From NCBI GenBank assembly GCA_963702025.1, contig OY969699.1, positions 384,001 through 448,000 of the forward strand: DNA of 64,000 bases, in the 5' to 3' direction. Position 1 is the first letter of the stretch. Each line of letters begins with the position of its first letter. Below the pieces are notes generated by a model. That model was not told where the DNA came from. It saw nothing but the letters and a program-made list of their open reading frames with translations, and ran no database searches. A program made the position numbers and the translations under genes. Positions 47,845-57,550 of the stretch are shown here, in pieces. Source of the DNA: an uncultured bacterium. Its GTDB lineage: Bacteria; Babelota; Babeliae; Babelales; Vermiphilaceae.

Positions 47845-48693
47845 ATGAATATGATTTTACACTATTTTTCATTATGCTTGATTCTCAGCTTGTGGCAGGT
47901 TGCCGCAATGGAACTGCCTCCTGCTGGCGAGTTAAAATCAAAAGCATCGATAATTGCAAAAAAATCGGTGTATGAACAAAAGAACACAATGTATAATGAC
48001 ATTGTGGATCTTATTAATAATAATGAAGATTTAAATGCGCTGATCTATTGCAGAAATGGGAGAACCGCTCTTGGGCATGCTGCTTTTAATAATAAATTAG
48101 AGGAAGCAGCATTATTGCTAGATCATGGTGCAGATCCTAATGCTGCCCCAACCAATGAAACTCCCCTTATTTTGGCAGTAGAAGGTGGTCATCCTGCAAT
48201 GGTTAAATTGCTGACGAGCCGTGGGGCAAATCCTAATATTGGTCCCCGCTTTCCGTTGCACACTATTTGTTACTGCGTAAAAGATGTGCTTGACGCAGAG
48301 AAAATAGCAGCACGGCTTGAGATGGCGCACTGGCTTTTAGAAAATAACGCTGATCCTGAATTAAAAGATGCCAAAGGAAATACGCCAATTTTTTATCTTT
48401 TAGAGCCCACTGATTTTACTGCCTGTTATGCTCATTGTCCGGCAGGATGTGCTGTTCATCCGGATTCAGCACGTCAGCGAGAAATCATTTTTAATCAGCG
48501 TAAAGAATTGATAGGTGAGTTTATCCATTTAATCAAATTGGAAACAAAAAATAATCAGGGCAAAACAATAGTTGAATTTGCAACATCACCATCGGCGTAC
48601 CCATTTTTAGGTGCGCACGCTAGTCAAGATGCGATGCGCAAAGAATTGGGTGAATTTATAGAATCATTTTTTGTAACTAAGAAATTAATATGA
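47845..48693 (+). CDS. Secreted ankyrin repeat protein
   Basis: GRTALGHAA, ETPLILAV and GNTPIFY. Confidence 0.85.
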   Translation: MNMILHYFSLCLILSLWQVAAMELPPAGELKSKASIIAKKSVYEQKNTMYNDIVDLINNNEDLNALIYCRNGRTALGHAAFNNKLEEAALLLDHGADPNAAPTNETPLILAVEGGHPAMVKLLTSRGANPNIGPRFPLHTICYCVKDVLDAEKIAARLEMAHWLLENNADPELKDAKGNTPIFYLLEPTDFTACYAHCPAGCAVHPDSARQREIIFNQRKELIGEFIHLIKLETKNNQGKTIVEFATSPSAYPFLGAHASQDAMRKELGEFIESFFVTKKLI

Positions 48694-48800
48694 AAATACT
48701 ACCATTACTTTTGCTTTTCGTGATTATTGCCCCATGTAGTAATGCTATGGAAATGCAGGCAAAGAAAGTAAAAACAAAAGACTTTAAGATCTTACTTTGA
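48690..48800 (+). pseudogene. Truncated SP-Met gene remnant (36 aa)
   Basis: MKILPLLLLFVIIAPCSNA|MEMQAKK...* overlaps the upstream stop (ATGA) and ends shortly before a repeat element. Confidence 0.5.
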
Positions 48801-48841
48801 CGCTTTACTTGTTTTTTACGTACGTTTGCGCTAAAAATCAA

Positions 48842-48925
48842 TCATGGTTCGATACGCTGCGCTTCGCAATCACTCACCATGAACGGGGGTTTGCTATTAG
48901 CTGCAATGTTATCATCGAACCATGA
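48842..48925. repeat. REP-like element plus partial inverted copy
   Basis: CATGGTTCGATACG...ACTCACCATGAACGG at 48843-48886; 12-bp inverted repeat with 48914-48925. Confidence 0.8.
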
Positions 48926-48945
48926 TAAACTAGAGAGTAGCACGT

Positions 48946-49671
48946 ATGAAGCAGTATGTTTTTCTTGTCTTTGTTTTTTTTAGCGCGTCAGCGCAAAATC
49001 AGATTTTTAATAATCCGGATCTGGGTAAAACACATTTTATTGTTGGGTTGCCGCCACACGAAAATAGCGTGCAAGAAGAAGTGCCAATCACGGCTAGTAC
49101 CGATTTGCATGCGCGCTTAATTTGCAAAGATGGTAGTTGCATGCATGCCTTTTTTTCTCCCGATGATGATCTTGAAGAATTATTAATTCAGCTTATTAAT
49201 GCGGAGAAAATGAGTATTCAGTTGGCAGTATTTTCATTCACCGATGGCGCGATTGCCCAAGCGCTTATTAATGCCCATCGTCGTGGCATAAAAATTGTGG
49301 TGATAACTGATATTTCCGGCGCGCGTGATAAATTCTCAAAAATCGATTTACTCAAAAAAAATGGCATAACCGTTCTGGTCTACGATCCCCGCAATCAAAC
49401 AGTGCTCAACAATATTATGCATCACAAGTTTGTGCTTTTTGAAAAAAACGTCGGGAGCAAATCATTGGTGTGGACCGGTTCCTATAATTTTACCAAATCG
49501 GCAACACGTAACAATCAAGAGAATATTGTGCTCCTGGACAGCAAGCCGTTGATTGATAAATACGCAAAACAATTCTCATTATTGCAAGAACGTACGAGAA
49601 AATTGCCGGTGAAATTTGCGCAAAGAAAAGATACGCTATCGAATTGCTTCATTACTACAATTCCTTCCTAG
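48946..49671 (+). CDS. Single-domain phospholipase D family (Nuc-like) protein
   Basis: FFSP, MHHKFVLFE (HxKxxxxE variant) and WTGSYNFT..A...NQEN. Confidence 0.88.
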   Translation: MKQYVFLVFVFFSASAQNQIFNNPDLGKTHFIVGLPPHENSVQEEVPITASTDLHARLICKDGSCMHAFFSPDDDLEELLIQLINAEKMSIQLAVFSFTDGAIAQALINAHRRGIKIVVITDISGARDKFSKIDLLKKNGITVLVYDPRNQTVLNNIMHHKFVLFEKNVGSKSLVWTGSYNFTKSATRNNQENIVLLDSKPLIDKYAKQFSLLQERTRKLPVKFAQRKDTLSNCFITTIPS

Positions 49672-49724
49672 CTCGAGCATCATGCTATTCGCCTTTAGAA
49701 AAAAAAGCAAGTAGTTTTTATTTG

Positions 49725-50717
49725 TTATTGTTCAAGAATTTCTAAAAGCCTTTTAAAATCGTCAGGAATTTCTTGCGAAAAAGTATACGGTACATTCTGA
49801 AAGGTAAATGAGAGGGATGATGCATGCAATGCATGGCGGTCAATGAGTTTTGACGATGCGCCATACATAAAATCACCAACAAGTGGATGACCGATCGCGC
49901 TCAAATGAACACGAATCTGATGGGTGCGTCCGGTTAGAGGATTAATTTGCACTAATGCATGATTGTCAAAGTAACGCAGCACGGTGTAATGAGAAAGCGC
50001 GTGGCGAGTTGATGGTTGATTGCGCTGGCGATAATGAGTTGTTAACGCCTTTTCATCAGGAATATGAGCCATCATTTTTTTTCGATTAACCGGATGACGG
50101 CCAATCGAAAAATCGATACTACCGGTAGCTGGCGGATGGCCTTCAACTATGGCCAGATAAGTTTTTGCAATAGTGCGCTGTTTGAACATGGCGCCAAAGG
50201 TCATGTGAGCAAAATTGGTGCGAGGGATTATTAAAAGCCCCGATGTTTCTCTATCAAGACGATGCACAATTCCCGGGCGTTCAATACTGCCCACATCAAC
50301 CAGCTCGTGATGGTTGGTCAAGAGCCAATCAACAACAGTTGGTTCGGTAGTTATTGTTTCGGTTTGATGAACAAGCAATTTGGCAGGTTTGGCAATAATA
50401 AAAAAATGTTCGTGCGCATAGAGTATCTTAATGCCTAAATCAGAGTTCACTGGGTTAAAAAGAGGCCGACTTGCTTCAAGTGGAAATGAGATGATAATAG
50501 TATCAGCTGTTTTTACCTGGGCGCTCGATTTTGCCGGTTGGGCATTAATAGTAATAGCTTTTTGTTCCAGCAGGCCTTGAAAAAAACTGCGAGAATATTC
50601 AGGGAGCGCCACTGATAAAAATTTATCAATACGCTGACCTGCTTGCGATTCTTCAACCACCAACGATACTGTTGATGAAACTGGTTTGTTAGTGCTAATC
50701 TGAGATCTCATCTCCAT
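49725..50717 (-). CDS. rluD: RluA/RluD family pseudouridine synthase with S4 domain
   Basis: RIDKFL, GIVHRLDRETSG and TGRTHQIRVH. Confidence 0.88.
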   Translation of the reverse strand: MEMRSQISTNKPVSSTVSLVVEESQAGQRIDKFLSVALPEYSRSFFQGLLEQKAITINAQPAKSSAQVKTADTIIISFPLEASRPLFNPVNSDLGIKILYAHEHFFIIAKPAKLLVHQTETITTEPTVVDWLLTNHHELVDVGSIERPGIVHRLDRETSGLLIIPRTNFAHMTFGAMFKQRTIAKTYLAIVEGHPPATGSIDFSIGRHPVNRKKMMAHIPDEKALTTHYRQRNQPSTRHALSHYTVLRYFDNHALVQINPLTGRTHQIRVHLSAIGHPLVGDFMYGASSKLIDRHALHASSLSFTFQNVPYTFSQEIPDDFKRLLEILEQ

Positions 50718-50881
50718 TTGTGCCCCATTAGGATTAAAATAGTAAAAAACTCCTTATTTTTAAAGATAAGGTATTGATACAGAATGTCAATCAAAAAAAC
50801 CCTAATAGACAAGCTTTTTTTAATGGTTTAGTATGAGAAAAGCAGAGAGCAAAGATATGCTCAAAAATTTACTTAAGTAAA

Positions 50882-50997
50882 TCCGTTTGCCTCGATCCTT
50901 CGATACGCACCTTCGGTGCTACTCAGGATGTGTAAAAAACCACACATGGTGAGTGCGAGCTAAGCGAGCGTATCGAACCATGACCCGAACGAACGGA
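50882..50997. repeat. Pair of REP-like elements in the mgtE leader
   Basis: CCTGAG-type copy at 50895-50929 and GGTGAG-type copy at 50945-50982 in opposite orientation; outer CCGTTTG/CGAACGG. Confidence 0.8.
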
Positions 50998-51007
50998 AGT
51001 AAGGAGA

Positions 51008-52372
51008 ATGTTCATGAATAGTCAACGCTTATTGCATGAAATTCAGGATCATATGGAGGCGGTTATTACCCAGAATTCAGATTTGGGTAAGGGCCTCTGG
51101 GAACAATTTTTGCAGCTACATCCTGCTGATATAGCTGATTTTTTTTCCGATATTGATCCGGATTATTTCCAGTTGCTTTTCTTGAAACTCCCCAAAAAGC
51201 TTCAACTTGAGGTGTTTCAGGAGTTTTCAGATATTATCAAGGTGCACAGCCTTGCCTTTATGAATGAGCAGGAACGTGTTGATGCGTTGAACACCCTCCC
51301 CATAGACCAATTAACCGATTTATTTGATCTTTTTTCTGACGAAGAGCTCAAGGTCTATTTAGAACTACTCAATAAAATGGCACGTGAAAAGGTGCTTTCG
51401 TTGTTAAAATTTGACCCGGAATCAGCCGGGGGCATCATGGACACGGAAGTTTTGGTGCTTATCCAGGATTTTACCGTAGAAAAAAGCATCCAAGTATTAC
51501 AACGATTGCAGCCCAATAGAGAGATTTATCAACAGATTTATATCACCGATCGCGATCATCATTTGCTAGGGCATATTCGGCTGGAAGATTTGGTATTGCA
51601 AAATCCCCAAGCGCGCATTCAATCCTTTATGCGGACAAATGAATATGTGGCGCGCCCGGATGAAGATAGAGAGCCGATTGCAAAAAAAATGGTGCACTAT
51701 GGCTTGATGACCGTGCCGGTTGTGGATGAAAATAATATATTTTTAGGAATCATTACCAATGAAACATTGGTTGATGTGTTGGTTGAAGAGGCCTCTGAAG
51801 ACGTGCAAAAAATGTCTGCTTTGGCGCCAATGAAATATCCTTATTTTGAGACGTCATTTCTTCGCCTCTTATTTGAACGTGGCTATATTCTTATTGCACT
51901 ACTCTTGGCCCAATCATTTTCTACCACTATTATGAAATCCTATCAAACAACATTGGAATATGGGGTTTTGCTTTATTTTACCACTATGTTGATTTCCACC
52001 GGCGGCAACACGAGCAGCCAAACATCGGCAATTGTGATTCAAGGGTTAATTACCGGCGAACTGCATGCCATGAATGTGTTTAAATTTTTGCGGCGCGAAC
52101 TACTGATGTCGGTAATTTTAGGCCTTATTTTGGGCATCGTTGCTTTTTTTAGATCATATATTGCTGCTGCATCACTTATTGAAAGTGTTGCCATTAGCGC
52201 CTCATTAACAATTATCGTGATAGTTTCCACCATGCTTGGCAGCCTTATACCTCTCATGTTAAAAAGGCTGGGTATCGATCCGGCATTCTCCGCCGGTCCA
52301 TTTTTGGCAACTTTAATGGATATTTTAGGAATTCTTATCTTTTGTTTTGTGGCACGTTGGATCTTGTTTTAA
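51008..52372 (+). CDS. mgtE: Magnesium transporter MgtE
   Basis: HPADIA, SAGGIM, CBS pair, GGNTSSQT and DPAFSAGPFLATLMD. Confidence 0.95.
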   Translation: MFMNSQRLLHEIQDHMEAVITQNSDLGKGLWEQFLQLHPADIADFFSDIDPDYFQLLFLKLPKKLQLEVFQEFSDIIKVHSLAFMNEQERVDALNTLPIDQLTDLFDLFSDEELKVYLELLNKMAREKVLSLLKFDPESAGGIMDTEVLVLIQDFTVEKSIQVLQRLQPNREIYQQIYITDRDHHLLGHIRLEDLVLQNPQARIQSFMRTNEYVARPDEDREPIAKKMVHYGLMTVPVVDENNIFLGIITNETLVDVLVEEASEDVQKMSALAPMKYPYFETSFLRLLFERGYILIALLLAQSFSTTIMKSYQTTLEYGVLLYFTTMLISTGGNTSSQTSAIVIQGLITGELHAMNVFKFLRRELLMSVILGLILGIVAFFRSYIAAASLIESVAISASLTIIVIVSTMLGSLIPLMLKRLGIDPAFSAGPFLATLMDILGILIFCFVARWILF

Positions 52373-52381
52373 CTAAGTTGA

Positions 52382-52918
52382 CTAAATATTGTTTTCTTCA
52401 AAGTTAGAAACATCAAAAAAATACAAATGGTTGGCTTTGCAGATTTCATCTGAAGGTGGTTCTTGTATTTTTTCTCTTGAATTTTTATTAAAAACGCCAA
52501 TGAGCTTAATAGATCTATCAAGGAATTTTGCATGTTTTTTAGTACGTTGAATAACCAGATATTCGCTCATGGTATAATATCCGGTTTCTCTCTTATCTTT
52601 ATCGAGAATAGGATTTACCCAGTGGCCTCCTGCTTCGTGCATATTCGTTAATTGCCCGGCGCCGATGCTTAATTCTGAGAATCCTGCTTTTAACTCCGCT
52701 TTTATTTGAGCAACACAGGTAGGCTTAGTTTCTTTCATAAACTCTTCGCTGGACATACTTTGCATTGGCAATATGTGGAGTGCTGCAAAGAGTAGTGCCG
52801 TTGCAGTAATTATTTTTATTCTACTTCGCAAGAAAACCTTGGATGGTTTTTTGCTTCGAAGAATTGCAGCACGATACAACGACTCAAAAGCCGTTGCGCG
52901 CTTCATTTGTCTGTTCAT
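52382..52918 (-). CDS. Secreted hypothetical protein whose N-terminus carries an in-frame repeat-derived segment
   Basis: Signal peptide ...LPMQS|MSS preceded by about 30 aa encoded by repeat 52816-52908. Confidence 0.55.
   Translation of the reverse strand: MNRQMKRATAFESLYRAAILRSKKPSKVFLRSRIKIITATALLFAALHILPMQSMSSEEFMKETKPTCVAQIKAELKAGFSELSIGAGQLTNMHEAGGHWVNPILDKDKRETGYYTMSEYLVIQRTKKHAKFLDRSIKLIGVFNKNSREKIQEPPSDEICKANHLYFFDVSNFEENNI
52816..52908. repeat. Two-hairpin dispersed repeat, copy A
   Basis: Homologous to 58787-58890 (TTATTCTAC.TTCGCAAGAAAAC...GGTTTTTTG.CTTCGAAGAATT...AAGCC.TTGC...GCTTCATTT). Confidence 0.75.
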
Positions 52919-53100
52919 AAAGGTTTCTTGGCCTCGCGAACTTTCTGTGGTTTTTTCTTAGTTAACAGATCTTTTTTCTCAAGTTGCGCCTCAAATTGCT
53001 CTACCGTTTGCACATTACTTTTGAAATCTTTGGGTAAAGATCCCAAATTTCAGCTCCATAATCTGCAGCTTTCAAATGAAATTCTTTTAAAAAAGGCGCT

Positions 53101-53131
53101 GCGTCCGCCGAAGCTGATAAGCGAAGGCCGG
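53101..53131. repeat. CCGCCGAAGC-loop-GCGAAGG palindromic unit downstream of tRNA-Glu
   Basis: Matches the unit at about 1228-1250 in uvrC. Confidence 0.65.
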
Positions 53132-53164
53132 ATAGCCAAATTTTTTAAAAGAATTTAAAAAATT

Positions 53165-53239
53165 TGGCGTCCCCACAGGGAATCGAACCCGGATTTCCGC
53201 CGTGAAAGGGCGATGTCCTAACCGTTAGACGATGGGGAC
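53165..53239 (-). tRNA. tRNA-Glu(TTC)
   Basis: Acceptor stem GTCCCCA/TGGGGAC, anticodon loop CTTTCAC, TTCGA T-loop and encoded CCA. Confidence 0.95.
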
Positions 53240-53295
53240 GTGTAATTTGAAAGAGAAATTTCTAAGTATCAAACCATCCTTTAAAGGACTGGCTC

Positions 53296-53421
53296 TACTT
53301 CGCTGCTGACGCAGCTACGAAGAGCGGTCCGCGCCAGGCCCTTCGACTTCACTTCGCTCAGGATAAACTCCGCTCTTACAAACGTGTTTATACTTCGGAG
53401 CCTAACCTGCGTAGGCGAAGA
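53296..53421. repeat. Three palindromic units in the tRNA-Lys/tRNA-Glu spacer
   Basis: CTTCGCTGC..GCAGCTACGAAG, CCTTCGAC..CGCTCAGG and CTTCGGAGCCTA..TAGGCGAAG. Confidence 0.65.
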
Positions 53422-53422
53422 C

Positions 53423-53498
53423 TGGTGAGCCGCGTTGGAATCGAACCAACGACCCACAGCTTAAAAGGCTGTTGCTCTACCGACTGAGCTAGCGGCTC
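53423..53498 (-). tRNA. tRNA-Lys(TTT)
   Basis: Acceptor stem GAGCCGC/GCGGCTC, anticodon loop CTTTTAA and encoded CCA. Confidence 0.96.
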
Positions 53499-53660
53499 AA
53501 ACACACCAATTCAAACAAAAATTGAAAAGACATTAATAAATAGTAGAGATTGAGGGTATTTTTGTCAAGCAAAAGCAAATTGTAACGAAAAAGAATTATT
53601 ATCTAGAGCTTTTTTCTTATCTTTCTGATTATATCCGATCTTTCATCTATTGCACGGAAT

Positions 53661-53780
53661 CCGTTCATGGTGACCCTTCATTACGCACCTAAAGCTTCGA
53701 GTAATTAAGCCTGCAGGGATTAAATTACCCTTCGATAAGCCGCTGTGTGAGCGGCACTCAGGGCGAGCGGGCGAAGGGTA
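53661..53780. repeat. Nested/degenerate REP-like elements
   Basis: CCGTTCATGGTGA start and CCCTTCGATA-hairpin-ACTCAGGGCGAGCGG. Confidence 0.7.
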
Positions 53781-54001
53781 ACTTTTTTTTGCTTTGAAGA
53801 ATAAAATCTTTTCTTTTTGAATAATAAAAGATGGCTCTTGATCGATGCTCCATGCCTGTAGAATTGCATATTTGAATTAAATATAAATGTAATAATCCGT
53901 GCGTTTGACAAGGGAATATTTTAATATAATCTTAAAGTTAAGCTTTCTTTTAAATTAAGTTCTAAAATAAATGTTTTTATAGCTATTTTAAGGTATCACA
54001 C

Positions 54002-55165
54002 ATGAAAAAACTTTTATTAATACTCGTTAGTTCTGCTTCAGCATTAAACATGAATGCTGAGCCAATATCAGAATTTGTTACATGGGCCAAAGATCCTTTC
54101 ACCAACATTATGGTTAATGAAGGCGTGAGCGCTTTAGGCAAAGATGCAAAGGCTTTGGCTGCCGCATCATGGAAACTTGCACAAGATGGCTACAAAATGT
54201 TGCCCAGTAAAGAAGTCCTCTTGAAATCAGTAAAAGATGGTGGAAACAAATCTTATGCTGCGGCCAGAAGTTTTATTACCAGTAACCCGAGGGCTACAAT
54301 TTTTACTGCAGTAGGCGCCGCATTCGCTGCTCCGCTTATAGCCGGTTTGATCGCATCTTTTTATGATGAAAAAAAACGCACTGCGGAAGAAAACGAATTG
54401 AGATCCTTGCAGGTTATTATCTATGGTATCAAAGATTATTTGAATAAATTTCCCGATGAAAGCACTAATCCATTAGATCCTGAAATTACACGCTTTAATA
54501 ATGAAATCATGTTACGTGCATTTTATGACACCTTAAAATATGCAAGTGAAGAATTAAATAACTGTTCACAATGCTTTGTAAATTTAAATCTTAAAAGTCA
54601 AATTGATAATGTAATAAAAATTATCAATAATGATATGACCGTAATAGGATTGGAAAACAAAGAGTTTGAAAAGGCTTTTATTGATTTAAAAGCGGCCATG
54701 AAAGTTCTTAATGATTGGGTATCCACCTCATCGCGTGGTTATGTTAGCTGGTTCTCTTCTTTTATAAAGCATGTTAACAACGTTGAGCATTATTTAAATG
54801 CCCTTCGTTCACCGGTTCAAGGTGAGAAGGTTCCATCAGTTGAGTCCATTCAAGAAGACGTTCGCAAAAGAGAAGCTTATGAGACTCTCGACTGGATTAA
54901 TAGAGTTCAGTTTGTGTCTATTCATCCAGAGCTGATTGAGGCATTTAATCACTTAAAGCAAATAGTATGCGAAGACATTACAAACGTAACGGTCAATAAT
55001 GCGGAATTAAAAAGATTGCTATACGGTTTAGAGCAAAGCGCATTCACGCGTTTACAAAAAATTGATAAATCAATTGCGGTCTCTGTTGCTTTTGGAGCTA
55101 TTCCAACAATAAGCTTTCCGCTTATTGCGTTTGCAAAGATTGTAGAAGGATTCGATCATCAATAG
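54002..55165 (+). CDS. Exported/membrane hypothetical protein
   Basis: Signal peptide plus internal and C-terminal hydrophobic segments. Confidence 0.65.
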   Translation: MKKLLLILVSSASALNMNAEPISEFVTWAKDPFTNIMVNEGVSALGKDAKALAAASWKLAQDGYKMLPSKEVLLKSVKDGGNKSYAAARSFITSNPRATIFTAVGAAFAAPLIAGLIASFYDEKKRTAEENELRSLQVIIYGIKDYLNKFPDESTNPLDPEITRFNNEIMLRAFYDTLKYASEELNNCSQCFVNLNLKSQIDNVIKIINNDMTVIGLENKEFEKAFIDLKAAMKVLNDWVSTSSRGYVSWFSSFIKHVNNVEHYLNALRSPVQGEKVPSVESIQEDVRKREAYETLDWINRVQFVSIHPELIEAFNHLKQIVCEDITNVTVNNAELKRLLYGLEQSAFTRLQKIDKSIAVSVAFGAIPTISFPLIAFAKIVEGFDHQ

Positions 55166-55223
55166 TCGGCTCACACAAGGTTAAAAAATGTTGTTTATTA
55201 TTAATCATTCATGGAGGATTCCT

Positions 55224-55604
55224 ATGAATACTTTCAAATCTATGTTATCAGTAGCAGTGTTATTGTCAGGTATGTCAGCAGCTGCTTTTCCAGGTCAAGC
55301 ATTCATTCAAGCTATTAGAGCAAGAATACCATCTATGCCATCTATGCCTTCCAAAAAAGATGCTTCTGAATTTTTAGCACTTGCTAGTGCTACAGCTGGA
55401 AATACGTTGAACAATGCATATCAATGTGCTCAACCGTATTTGACCAAGAAAACTGCTGCTATTTCAGCAGGCGTTATAGCTACTACCGCTGCCACCGCGG
55501 TTGCCTACAAAAAAGGTTACTTTGGTAAAGCAGCTAACGTTGTTGCAAATGCTGCAAAAGCTGCAAAAAATGCAGCAGCTGCAAAATTTGCGAGCAAAAA
55601 GTAA
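55224..55604 (+). CDS. Small secreted Ala-rich protein with late TM and basic tail (paralog 1)
   Basis: GGAGG RBS and AVAYKKGYFGKAAN. Confidence 0.65.
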   Translation: MNTFKSMLSVAVLLSGMSAAAFPGQAFIQAIRARIPSMPSMPSKKDASEFLALASATAGNTLNNAYQCAQPYLTKKTAAISAGVIATTAATAVAYKKGYFGKAANVVANAAKAAKNAAAAKFASKK

Positions 55605-55685
55605 TCAGATTTCTCTCTGATCTTTGAGGGGGTGTGCAACACGCCCCCGCTTAATTCTAATCCGTCTTTATATATGGAAAATTAC

Positions 55686-56063
55686 ATGAAATTAAAAAAA
55701 ATTATTTTATCAGCAGCATCTGTAGCATTATTGCAATCGATGTCTGTTGTGGCTGGAATACCAACTAAAGATTTCAACTTCTTAGAAGATTCGGCTCATT
55801 TAGAAAAATGTTTAGAGTTTGCACCGCAGGCGTTTTTTGATGTCCAGAAAAGTATTACGAGCACTATGAAAAATTTTGCGACCAATACTCTTACTAAACG
55901 TAATGTTATTGGTGCAGCAGTAGTTGCAACCGTTGTAGGTTCCGCTGTTGTTGCCTATAAAAAAGGTTACTTTGGTAAAGCAGCTAACTTTGTTGTAAAT
56001 ACCGCAAAATTAGCAAAAAAAGCATTAACCGGCCCAATAGTTGATCCAAATTCAGGTAAGTAA
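55686..56063 (+). CDS. Small secreted protein with late TM and basic tail (paralog 2)
   Basis: VVAYKKGYFGKAAN, with near-identical DNA to paralog 1 in this segment. Confidence 0.65.
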   Translation: MKLKKIILSAASVALLQSMSVVAGIPTKDFNFLEDSAHLEKCLEFAPQAFFDVQKSITSTMKNFATNTLTKRNVIGAAVVATVVGSAVVAYKKGYFGKAANFVVNTAKLAKKALTGPIVDPNSGK

Positions 56064-56084
56064 TCGGTTTTCTCTGTAATCTTT

Positions 56085-56113
56085 AAAAGGGTGCTTTATC
56101 GCACCCTTTTTTT
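56085..56113 (+). terminator. Intrinsic terminator
   Basis: AAAAGGGTGC-tttatc-GCACCCTTTT followed by a T-tract. Confidence 0.8.
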
Positions 56114-56230
56114 GTGCCAAATTTTTTATCAAACCCTGCATGAGTTTCTTTTCAAAAATTAAGCGAGAGCTATACTGGTGTCTTGAATTCATCATACTTT
56201 CTCATCATTTAACGCAAGAAAGAATCTACC

Positions 56231-57247
56231 ATGAAACAAATGCATCGCCTTATCATAACAACAGCTCTATTCTTTTGTTCACTTGCACATGCTTTACAGG
56301 AAAGCACGTATCACTATAAAGAAGAACTGGAAAATTTTAAAAAGTCACCGCAGTATGAGCTTATTTTTAATGAAGATACTCATCCGATAGTAAGGGGTCT
56401 CAATCGTGATATTGAAAATTATAAAGAATTGACAAATTGGCAACGAATTACGCGATTTGGATTGTTAACATTTGCGGTAGTTGTTACTGCTGATGCCATG
56501 CCAAAACTCTATGCATGCATTGATGGCGTGTGTAATAAAAGTAGAATTGCAATGCCTACCGTCTTTGTAACGGTAGACAAAGGATTTTTTAATGCGGCGG
56601 CAATAAAATTATTAAAAAGCACCGGAGCCATTGTAATTGGCCAAAAGATGATATACAAGACAAATGATCGTCAATTAGAGGCGATTATAGCCCATGAGAT
56701 AGGCCACATTAAACATGATCACATAAATAAAACACTTGAGTTGCTTTTGCCAACTGCCGTTATTATTCAAGCGTTAAAATATTGCATTCTCAATAGATTT
56801 AGGGTGTTTCCAGAAAGTAATAAATTGTTCTATTGGGCAGTCGATATTTCTCTAACATGGCGTTTAGCAGCCATCATAACCAACCTGATGCTTAATAAGA
56901 AATTTGAAAAAGAAGCCGATGAATTTGCCTATGGAGATATGGGCAAAGGGGAGGGACTCATTGAGTTTTTTGATCTGTTGCAAGAAAAAGAATTGCAGAC
57001 AGATGCAGATTTTATTGCCACGTATGTCAAATTGCAAGAGAATGAATCAGAGATTGAGCCGGCAGATTATGCCGGTTTGAAGTTTAGTTTTTATGTAGCA
57101 AGGGGCATCCGTTATTTGGAAAACGCGTATAGATGGTTTTATTATAATACTCGGTATGGGGCGCATCCCAGCCCGCAAGCGCGTAGTGCAACGATTCAAA
57201 AATATCTTGAAGAACAAGTTGCGGATGAAGAAATTGATACTGAGTAA
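56231..57247 (+). CDS. M48 family zinc metallopeptidase
   Basis: FNAAA, AHEIGH, EKEADEFA and HPSPQAR. Confidence 0.85.
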   Translation: MKQMHRLIITTALFFCSLAHALQESTYHYKEELENFKKSPQYELIFNEDTHPIVRGLNRDIENYKELTNWQRITRFGLLTFAVVVTADAMPKLYACIDGVCNKSRIAMPTVFVTVDKGFFNAAAIKLLKSTGAIVIGQKMIYKTNDRQLEAIIAHEIGHIKHDHINKTLELLLPTAVIIQALKYCILNRFRVFPESNKLFYWAVDISLTWRLAAIITNLMLNKKFEKEADEFAYGDMGKGEGLIEFFDLLQEKELQTDADFIATYVKLQENESEIEPADYAGLKFSFYVARGIRYLENAYRWFYYNTRYGAHPSPQARSATIQKYLEEQVADEEIDTE

Positions 57248-57295
57248 TAAATAGGGCTAAAGATAAGATGCCTTTTAATTAGAAAGCTTTGTTGA

Positions 57296-57319
57296 ATTTT
57301 ACATACATCCATGTAAAAT
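57296..57319. promoter_or_regulatory. Candidate HicB operator
   Basis: Perfect 9-bp inverted repeat ATTTTACAT-N6-ATGTAAAAT, about 40 nt upstream of hicA. Confidence 0.55.
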
Positions 57320-57358
57320 ATACATAAATATATAAATTTTCATTGCTCAGGAAAATAT

Positions 57359-57550
57359 ATGAAAAGAAGAGATTTGGAGCGTGCGCTTACCAAGTTAGGT
57401 TGGTATCTAAAGAGAAATGGTGCAAAGCATGATTTGTGGACTAATGGCCAAGAAGAAGAGACAATACCGCGGCACAATGAGATTAATGAGTTGCTTGCAA
57501 AAAAGATTTTAAGGACAGCTCAAAAAGCTTCAAAAAGGGAAATAAAATGA
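57359..57550 (+). CDS. hicA: HicA family toxin
   Basis: MKRRDL...GW...GAKHD...IPRH.EI...LAKKIL. Confidence 0.9.
   Translation: MKRRDLERALTKLGWYLKRNGAKHDLWTNGQEEETIPRHNEINELLAKKILRTAQKASKREIK

Noticed and set aside
50820..51007. M-box (ykoK) riboswitch upstream of mgtE
   Set aside because: The structured sequence is explained by the dispersed repeat family, and I could not recognise M-box consensus features.
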